DNA of 39,764 bases from Chrysochromulina tobinii (lineage: Eukaryota), in the NCBI GenBank assembly GCA_001275005.1, contig JWZX01003111.1, positions 1-39,764 on the forward strand. The letters are read 5' to 3'. A model generated the notes under the pieces. That model was not told the origin of the DNA, did no database searches, and saw only the letters and a list, made by a program, of their open reading frames with translations. Both the position numbers and the translations under genes were made by a program. Of this stretch, positions 22,134 to 30,300 are shown one piece after another; positions within the stretch are counted from its first letter, which is position 1, and each line of letters starts with the position of its first letter.

Positions 22134-22421
22134 CTTGGGAGCGCCGGTGGTGGCAATTCCCTCGTCCGTTTTCCTGGGTCGGCTCGTCGGTCGGGGGGGC
22201 CCCCCATTCACAGTCAATGTTTGTAACTCGACACCCAACCGTGGCGCATCGCGGACGGCTAGTTTGTCGCCCCATAAGTCGACCTCGCGTACAGAACCCC
22301 TACGCCCTGCCGTTTTTTATGACGCTTGAACTGCCGGGAATTGGGTACCCAATTGGGCACATCAACGTCCTCCTCCTTCCCCCGATGCGCCCACCCCCCA
22401 CACACGCACACGTAAAATCCC

Positions 22422-23725
22422 TCACGAGATCTCCGCCGGCGTGCCGCCGCGGAAGCCGTACTCGAGGGTCGTCGCCGTCAGCCCGAGCTTCGACGGCAGC
22501 ACGCACTCGCCCGCATCACGGCCATCGATCAGCCCGGTGGCGGTCATGTACTCCTTGCCGATCAGCTTCTGGTTCCAGCAGATCATCGCGTCGATCGTGG
22601 GCGTCTCGACGCCGATCATGCGCGCGATGTCCACGAAGGTGCACAGCCCAAACGGTAGGTCCGTTTCGAAGAACTTGTGCTGGAGAGTGGGCACCACGCC
22701 GCCCTCCACCTGAGTGTACGGGATCTTATGTTTTGAGAAGGCTTTGTTTGTGATGATGGACGAGACCGCGTCCCACTTGCACGTGATCTGCTCCAAGTAG
22801 TTCTCGTTGACGCAGTGGTGCATCGAGAAGTTCGACTTGAGGTGCCGGTTGTTCGGATACATCTCCGAGAGCTTCTTGGCGATCGCACAGAGCTCAAGGT
22901 CCTCGGCGACGAGCGTCTTGGCCGAGTCGGTACGCAGGTCGGCGTAGATGAGCGTCGGCAGCGTCGCCGGGTCATACGGCGTCTTACCGTCCCAGTCCTT
23001 GAAGAGGCCGTACAAGATGGGCGGGTGCAGCGACGGATTGTTGGGCCAGAGGGTCGATGCGATGAAGTCCGTGTGCGTGAGGAAGGGCATCTTGAGGATC
23101 TTGGCCAGGAGCGGCACCACGCCGTCCTTGTCCTCGCCGCCCTCGGTCGCGATGCGGAGCAGCCGCTTCGCGCCGAAGATCGCCCCCGTGCGACCGTACT
23201 CCTTGGTTCCACAGCACCATGGGATCAGCTGCGTGCCGAAGAGCGAGTACGCACCCTCGCCGAGCGCCTCCGCGGCGACCCAGTTGAAGCCACCGTACGC
23301 GCAGATCGAGCCCACGTACACGTGCTTCGTCATGTCCATGTGCGGCTTGATCTTCCGGAGCACCTCCGGGTTGTGGTGGATAGGCAAGCCAGCGATAAAG
23401 ATCATGTCACTCTGCGGGATGCACTCTGCGGGGTCGGCCGTAACGAGCGCAATCTTGGTACGAAACTCAGTTTTGCCATCGCAGTAGCCCAAGTCGTCGT
23501 TTACGAAGCCAATGTCGTTGGCGTCCCAGTCCTTAGGCCGGCGAGTGAGAATCGCGACCGTGTGGCCAGCATCGGCAGCGAGCGCCGCAAAGATGGGAGT
23601 CGAGTTGCCGCCGCCGACGACGGTCACGTACTGTGCACACGAGGGGAGGCAGAGCACGAGCGGATTGTCAGAGCCGTCGCATCCGCTGTTCTTGCAGCGT
23701 CGCGATGGAGGGGCGCCGGCACCAT
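22422..23725 (-). CDS. Opine (octopine/tauropine/nopaline family) dehydrogenase, NAD(P)-dependent (about 403 aa)
   Basis: Rossmann motif VTVVGGGNS, LIPWCC, catalytic-region LHPPILYG, FFETDLPFGL and GVETPTIDAMICW. Predicted coding exons are 23725-23723 (ATG only) and 23630-22422. Confidence 0.85.
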
Positions 23726-23786
23726 CGCGAACAAGGTGCGAAAGGTGGTTTTCCCCGCGCGTTGTGCACAGTCATGTAAAACATGT

Positions 23787-23889
23787 CAAGTAAAGTCAAG
23801 TCGAACCAAGTCAAGTCTAGCCCCTGCATTCGAAAGGCTTCCGTTTGGTTGTCTGGGTTTTTTGTATAGAGCTGACTTGACTTGACTTG
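23787..23889. repeat. Inverted arrays of a CAAGT pentamer flanking a 56-bp core
   Basis: CAAGT AAAGT CAAGT CGAAC CAAGT CAAGT C (23787-23817) faces GACTTGACTTGACTTG (23874-23889). Confidence 0.7.
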
Positions 23890-24428
23890 GAAAACAAGGG
23901 AATTCACAGCACGTAGTTGAGAAGAGTCTACAGTCTTTAAAAGTGAAGGAGTTCGAGTAAGAGGCTTTTTAGAAAGTCTGTGGTCTCTCGCGCCCGCGAC
24001 GCCCACCCGTGCTCGCTCTCGCTAGCGAACGACGGTCAGAACATCTCTCATCCGATCTCACGGCTGCTTGAAACCCACACAAATTCACATTGGGTAACAA
24101 TTGCAAACGCGAAACCGGAAAAGCGCCGGAATGCGGACGAACGCGTTGCAATGAAATAGGAAATGAATAGGAAATGAAAGGCGCGAAATTAAGCGCGAAA
24201 GTGGACACTAGAACGTCGATACGATATAAAGAGAAGAACTTAGCGCCCTTGAGAGGTTGCATACTTTCTATAACGTCTGATTGTCTCCGCTCACGAGCGA
24301 CAGGTGGATGTGCACCCGGGTTTTGCAGGCATGCAGGGTTATGGCAGGAGGGCGGTCCAAAGTGACCTACAGTACATGCAACATGGAACTGAAATCCCGC
24401 ACCGGTTGATCTCTCCAACCGCGGCTGA

Positions 24429-24859
24429 TCACGAGAGGAAGCCGAGGTCGCTGCCGACAGCCTTCGCCTTCTTGATGAGCGCCTGGTTCATCTTCTTCGG
24501 CACACCGACTGCAAGCGCACAAGCCACAGGCGGAACACGTGAGCCAGCTTCAAGCCAGGGCTTCCACACGGTTGGAAGTTATTGCATAATGGGTTCGGTG
24601 GCGCGAACGCACATTCAGCGCAGAACTTGTTGATCTCTTGAGAGTGGAGCGCGATGCCCTTGCCACGCAGCTTTTGCAGAAGATTCTCACCGAGCACCAC
24701 CTTGGCCGCAAGCACGATGGGTGTGAAAGGGCCATCCTTGGCCGCGCCCATGGTCGTCACAGCCGCGCGCGATGCAGTCGCCGAGCGGATCGGAGCCTGC
24801 ACGACGAAGCCGGACGCGCACGCAAGCAGGACGAGCACGAGGCGGATTAGGTGCGTCAT
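24429..24859 (-). CDS. PGR5: Proton gradient regulation 5, plastid-targeted (108 aa precursor)
   Basis: Exons 24859-24613 and 24508-24429 (GT-AG, phase 1) give GPFTPIVLAAKVVLGENLLQKLRGKGIALHSQEINKFCAE-F-GVPKKMNQALIKKAKAVGSDLGFLS. The signal peptide ends in ASG|FVV, an ASAFAP-type motif. Confidence 0.93.
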
Positions 24860-25053
24860 TCTCCAGATCTCTGCTCTGCGCGCAAGATTCGCGACGGCAC
24901 AAGGCAAGTCAAGACAAGTCTTGAACTTCCAGACGTCAAGACCCCCATCATCGACCGGATGCGTTCGCTGTGCGTCGCCGTGGGACCGATGCAAAAGGCG
25001 AGCACTAGGCATCGAGTGTCTCGTCCATCTACATGTACCACGGGCAATCAATC

Positions 25054-25265
25054 ATGTTGATCCTGTTCATCGCGGAGACGATGGCGCTTCTCGTGCAACA
25101 TCGCGTACCACAAGCGATCCACATGTGCGCGGCAGCGGCAAAGCCCGCCTCTGCGATGCGCGTAAAGGAGCTCAAAGAAGAGCTCGACCTCCTCGGTGTT
25201 GAGTGGCGCGGAGTCATTTTCGACAAGGAAACACTAGAGCAGGCGTTGGACAAGGCTCGCCAACT

Positions 25266-25304
<39 letters not shown>

Positions 25305-25890
25305 TGCCGAAACCACCGTCGCAGCTACTTCGAACGCATCTCCTGAGACGAAGAGTGAGGATGAGGCCTACGCTGTTGCCTACGAGAAAGCATTCGCCGA
25401 AGCAATGCAGCTTAAAGTCAATGAGATCCGCGCCGAGCTCGCCGCGCGCCAGACTAGCTGGGGTGACCTCTTTGAGAAGAAGGAGCTGGCGGCACGTCTG
25501 GCGGGCCTCAAGGCTCGGGCAGCATCCTTCTCGAGGAGTGGAGCTCTCGTGCCAGGAGAGGCAACGATCGTGATCGGGCGTGATCTGCGGACAGAGATGG
25601 CGGACGCCCGCACGCCGCTGCTCATCGACGTCTTCGCCACGTGGTGTGGACCTTGCAAGATGATCACGCCGATGCTGTCCAAGCTCGCCGCGACCCTCGG
25701 CGAGCGCGTGCGCGTGGTCAAGCTCGACTCAGACAAGGAAGGGGAACTCTCGAGCGAGCTGCGTGTATCGGCACTGCCGACGCTCATCTTCCTGCGCGAC
25801 GGCAAGGAGGTGCACCGGCTCGAGGGCGTGCCCAATGGTCAGGGCGCGCTCGAAGCTCTTGTCCGGCAGCACCTCGGCGTCCAGATTTGA
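25054..25890 (+). CDS. Thioredoxin (WCGPC) with N-terminal targeting peptide and two SAP-like helical repeats
   Basis: PLLIDVFATWCGPC, VVKLDSD and VSALPTLIF. Repeats MRVKELKEEL..GV..FDKETL and LKVNEIRAEL....LFEKKEL are separated by a poly-Pro linker ((CCG)12 at 25267-25302). Alternative ATG at 25033. Confidence 0.9.
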
Positions 25891-26320
25891 GAGAACGCAG
25901 CCGAGACCGCGCTAGCTTAGTTCTTACGCGGAGAGGCACATCCGACATCCCAGCAGGCCCATAGTACATAAAGATCTCCTGGTGCGCTTCTGAGTAGGCA
26001 TTGCAGCGATCCGGTACGCTGCGCACTCAAAGGGAGGGTTGAGGGTGGGGACGTGTGATTACACGTCTGGGTCTTGAGTGTTGAGAGCGCGCACCTCCGC
26101 GAGCAGACCGAGTCCGAGAACGTGAGCCGCCCGCCACGGCTACGTGGCCGCGCGGATTGACAACGGATATATAGTGTTTATATAGTACACGACCTGCTGA
26201 CAGCCCTGAGAGAGCGAGCGCGCGGTCCGCGCGGCGGACGCCGGCGTGCTGCGTTGCGACGCGTCTTCGGCCCGTTGTCGCGCCGTGCTCCGGCTTCGCT
26301 TCTCTGTTCGCGCACATCCA

Positions 26321-26415
26321 CGCATCTCTGCACTTGCTACGCGTCTCTGCTCTTGCTACGCGTCTCTGCGCTTGCTACGCGTCCCTGCGCTTGCTACGCG
26401 TCTCCGCGCTTGCTA
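26321..26415. repeat. Minisatellite, 5 x 19 bp (consensus CGCGTCTCTGCGCTTGCTA)
   Basis: Five head-to-tail units with 0-2 substitutions each, just downstream of the 26451 stop codon. Confidence 0.92.
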
Positions 26416-26450
26416 GTTCGCCACTCTCGGGCGCCTCAAGCTCGGGGGGC

Positions 26451-27125
26451 TCATTTTTTTCTGTAGTACTCCTCCGTCGTCGGCCAACAGTTGCCGCGCA
26501 GGGTAGTCTTTGGGGCGTAGACCGGATTCGGAGGCGCGGCCACCATTTGACCGGGAGCAGCGCCTTGCGTGTTGTGGCCCGACTGAGGCGTAGTGTCGAT
26601 TTGCAGAGGGCTGGTCACGAGCTTCACCTTGTCAACGCCCAACTTCTTGTTGAGCTCAGCCATGCGCTGGTTTTCAGGTGGCACGACGACCGCCTGCGAT
26701 CCGTACATCTGGCCTGTCCTGCGCGCGTCGTACATCGCCTTGATGCCCATGCTGCGCGGCTCCATGAGCTCGTTGGCCTCCTCGGCCGCGCGCTGCTCCT
26801 GCAGCTCCAGGTCCCGCTGTCGCGCATAGTTCTGGTTGCGCATCTGCTGTTCGCTCTCGGGCGAAGGGAGGCGGCGGCGCGTCGCGCGCACGTACTGCGT
26901 GCGACCCATATCAGCTGGATCGAAGACCGTGAGCTCGCGGTTGCGGTCGTGGAGGTGGTCGCGGGGCATGTGGCGAGGGAGCACCGGAGGGCCGTCAGCG
27001 CGCTCCTTGAGCTTGTTGGAATCGGGGCGGTTGAGCCACTCATGCGCCGGGACCATCTCCGTGATGCGGTCGCCGTCGACGCGGCGTTCGTACGGATGGA
27101 AGCTCTTTGTGGGAAGGTGGGACAT
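26451..27125 (-). CDS. Hypothetical protein (about 224 aa)
   Basis: Open frame with strong GC3 codon bias from ATG 27125 (MSHLPTKSFHPYE...) and a short coiled coil. No family recognised. Confidence 0.65.
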   Translation of the reverse strand: MSHLPTKSFHPYERRVDGDRITEMVPAHEWLNRPDSNKLKERADGPPVLPRHMPRDHLHDRNRELTVFDPADMGRTQYVRATRRRLPSPESEQQMRNQNYARQRDLELQEQRAAEEANELMEPRSMGIKAMYDARRTGQMYGSQAVVVPPENQRMAELNKKLGVDKVKLVTSPLQIDTTPQSGHNTQGAAPGQMVAAPPNPVYAPKTTLRGNCWPTTEEYYRKK

Positions 27126-27311
27126 ATGGCAAGGAGACTCCTCAACACACCCCGTCAGGAAAGAGGCGGTCCGACTTTTCTTTCGCCAAATCATGACAAA
27201 CTTCTCCAAACTTACCGGGACGACGCTCCGATTGGAGGGGATCGGAGGGTTGCAAGGGGTGCACGATGACGTCCGGGTAGGAATGTTGTGTTGAGAACTT
27301 TTTTAGGCTCG

Positions 27312-30300
27312 ATGTCGCTCGGCTTCCAAGCTGCCAAGTCGCGCAAGCGCAGCCAATTCTTCGTGGCGGATGCGCCCTCGTCGCGCAAGCGCAGCCAATT
27401 CTTCCAGCCGGATGAGTCGCTGACCGACGGCTCGCCTTGCCCAGTCTGCGGTACGGGCGTGATGAGGCCGCGTGATGGGCGCTACGGGCCATTTCTTGGC
27501 TGCTCCCTCTTCCCCGAGTGCCGCCATACTGTGCATCTCGGGCGCGAGAGCGAGCAGGTGCTCCGGCGTGCTGCACGCGCAACAGTGCGTGTCGAGGTGG
27601 ATACGCCGGACACGCTTCGTGTGTGGTCAAGTGACGGCACCGCTGAAGGGCAAGCAGTGCTGCGCACGGCCCTGTCACGGGTGACAACAGCTGCGTGCAG
27701 TAGATCACCCCGGGCCGACTGGGCGGCAGCCGCAGCGAGTGCGCGAGCAACGGCCACCTTTCGTCTCGAGGAGCACGACGACCTTTTGCGGCAGCTCGGC
27801 AGTGGGAGCGTGGGGCTCCATGTTCAGCCGGTACGTGGCTTGCGTCTGCTTGCGTCTGCTTGCGTCTGCTTGCGTCTGCTTGCGTCTGCTTGCGTCTGCT
27901 TGCGTCTGCTTGCGTCTGCTTGCGTCTGCTTGCGTCTGCTTGCGTCTGCTTGCGTCTGCTTGCGTCTGATTGCGTCTGATTGCGTCCGATTGCGTCCGAT
28001 TGCGTCCGATTGCGTCCGATTGCGTCCGATTGCGTCTGATGGGCAGGTACCCGCATGCACGTTGCGCTTCTTCCGCGAGCTGCCGGCCGAGGCCGTGACC
28101 GCGGCCAACACCGCCGATGCCGTGGCCGCGCACATTGCACGCATGCCGTGTCGGCTTCGCGACTCGCTTCTGCCATTCCAACGGTGCGGCGTGGAGCAGC
28201 TTCTCTCATGGGACGGTCGCGGGCTGCTTGGCGACGAGATGGGCCTCGGCAAGACACGGCAGGCGATTGCATGCGTGGGTGCGCTACGACCGTGGCCAGT
28301 GCTCCTCATCGTACCTGCCTCGCTCCGCATCATGTGGGCCGAGGAGTTTGAGCGCTGGCTGCCAGAGCTGCTCACGCCGCGCGACGTGCATGTGATCGCT
28401 GGCGCATGCGATGCCCTCCATCAAGACGCCCCAACGCCGAAGGTAGTGGTCACCTCTTTTCGGATGGCGACGGTTCTGCAGGGAGCCTTCACCGCGCGCG
28501 CGTGGAAGGCGATCGTCGTCGACGAGTCGCACTGCCTTGGCACCACCGCGCGGGCCACCGATGCGCAGCAGACAGAGGTGGTCGCGGCACTCGCGGCGCG
28601 CACGCGGCACGTGCTGCTGCTCTCGGGCACGCCATCCCTCTCGCGGCCATTTGCCCTGTTTCGCCAGGTGGACATGCTGCGCCCCGGCCTACTCGGGCGT
28701 GACAAATGGCATTTTGGGCGCGAGTATTGCGCGTCCGTGCCGCTCTCACAGGGCTGGACGGCTCCCCTCGGTGGCGGCTCACGCGACTGGGAGTTACATC
28801 TGCTGCTGCGGAGCGCCGTCCTGGCGCGTCGGCGCAAGGCCGAGGTACTCATGGAGCTGCCTCCCAAGCGGCGCCGCTGGCTCAAGCTGCCTCTCGTGCA
28901 CGGGAGTGTGCACGGGAGCGAAGGGGAGGTGCCATCGACGCTTGCGCCTTCAAATGAGGAGAAGGCTGGGGTGGCGGGATTGGACACTACCACCACGATG
29001 CTTGTCGACAGACCCGATGAACCCGAAGCCAGACCCGAGGGGGACGTCAAGGGAGGCGATCCTATCTCCCACCAAAGCAAGTATGAGCTCGCCGGGCTCA
29101 TCAAGTTGCCCGCAGTGAGGCTCTTTCTCGCGGAGGCTTTGAAGACGCAGGAGGCGGAGGCGGAGGCGAAGGCACAGGCGGCGGCGGGCGAGGCGGCGGG
29201 CGAGGCGGCGGGTGATGCGGTGGGCGAAACGGAGCCGATCACATGCTCTCGCAAGCTCGTCATCTTCGCACACCACCGGCGTGTGATGGACGGGTTGCAG
29301 GCCTGCCTGCATGCAACTGGCACGGCGCACGTGCGCATCGACGGAAGCACGCCGCTCCCGCAGCGCCACTTGGCTGTTCGCCGCTTTCACCACGAGCCAT
29401 CAGTGCGGGTGGCGCTCATCTCGGTCACCGCAGCGGCGCTCGGCATTGATCTGAGTGCAGCGAGTGAATGTATCTTCGCGGAGCTGCCGCCGGACGCGGC
29501 GTGGCTGGCGCAGGCAGAGGATCGGCTCCATCGCAAGGGGCAGTCGAGCGCCGTCAGTGTCACCATCCTCATCGCACACCCGTCCAGCGCGGCGGCATGC
29601 GAAGCTCTCGACGAGGCCGCTGAGGAGGCCGATGATGGCATGCAGCACGACTGTTCGATTGTGGCGGCTCCACCTGTGAGCAATGGGGCGGCCGCCGAAG
29701 TGCGCGTGGCCGAAGCGCCGCCGTCGGCCCGTCGCAATAATCGGCGCGCCATCTCGACCCGTATCTCACCCCATATCTCGCCCGAAATCTCGCCCTGTGC
29801 GGCAGCATCCTCCGCCGTTGCCACCTTCGCCACTCCAAAAGAAAGCGCGAGCGCACTGGCGAGGCGGCGTGAGCTACAGGCATGCCGCTTTGATCGTCGC
29901 CACTCTCAGCTGATCAAGCAGAGCGAACGAGCGGTACGCCGCGTTACGGACGGACCGGGTATGCCCGGTACGGCCAGCACCAGCGGCATGCATGTGGCCG
30001 CGCAGGAGGCAACCAAAGAGGCCGTTGAGGCCATGGGTGAGGCAGTAGAGGAGGGTGAGGAGGCCGAAGGGGCAGTGGAGCAGGCATCCACGGTGGAGGC
30101 GATGGAGGTGGCGCAGGGATGCCTGATGCTCCATGATGGCACGAGGCGCTCCGCGCGACTTCGAACGCTATGCCGACCTCCAAAAGCTAATGTGGACCTC
30201 CTCCCCACGCAACCGCCGGCAGCGGCAGCCTTGGTACGACCGCCAGCGCCGCCGCCAGCGCCGCCGCCAGCGCCGCCGCCAGCGCCGCCGCCAGAGGCCG

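Noticed and set aside
1561..23885. Long antisense/overlapping ORFs (e.g. 1561-2625+, 7245-8195-, 17773-19296+, 19058-20554+, 22815-23885+)
   Set aside because: They mirror well-supported genes. High GC3 codon bias suppresses stops on the opposite strand, and the translations have no recognisable motifs.
24181..24200. Paired GCGCGAAA (E2F-like) sites
   Set aside because: They are short motifs in CG-rich DNA and are not adjacent to a replication gene start, so function cannot be supported.
27296..27314. TTTTTTAG just before the ATG as a trans-splicing acceptor
   Set aside because: Similar TTTAG tracts precede only a few genes, and AT-rich promoter composition explains them. No spliced-leader evidence is available from DNA alone.
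26321..28040. Tandem arrays as possible CRISPR or telomeric repeats
   Set aside because: Units are head-to-tail with no unique spacers, there are no cas genes, the context is eukaryotic, and the units are not TTAGGG-like.
29700..29805. Possible extra intron in ZRANB3 around ATCTCG-type repeats (29751-29795)
   Set aside because: The repeats look intron-like, but the obvious GT donors (29676, 29700) are out of phase with the AG at 29805, and the frame is open anyway.
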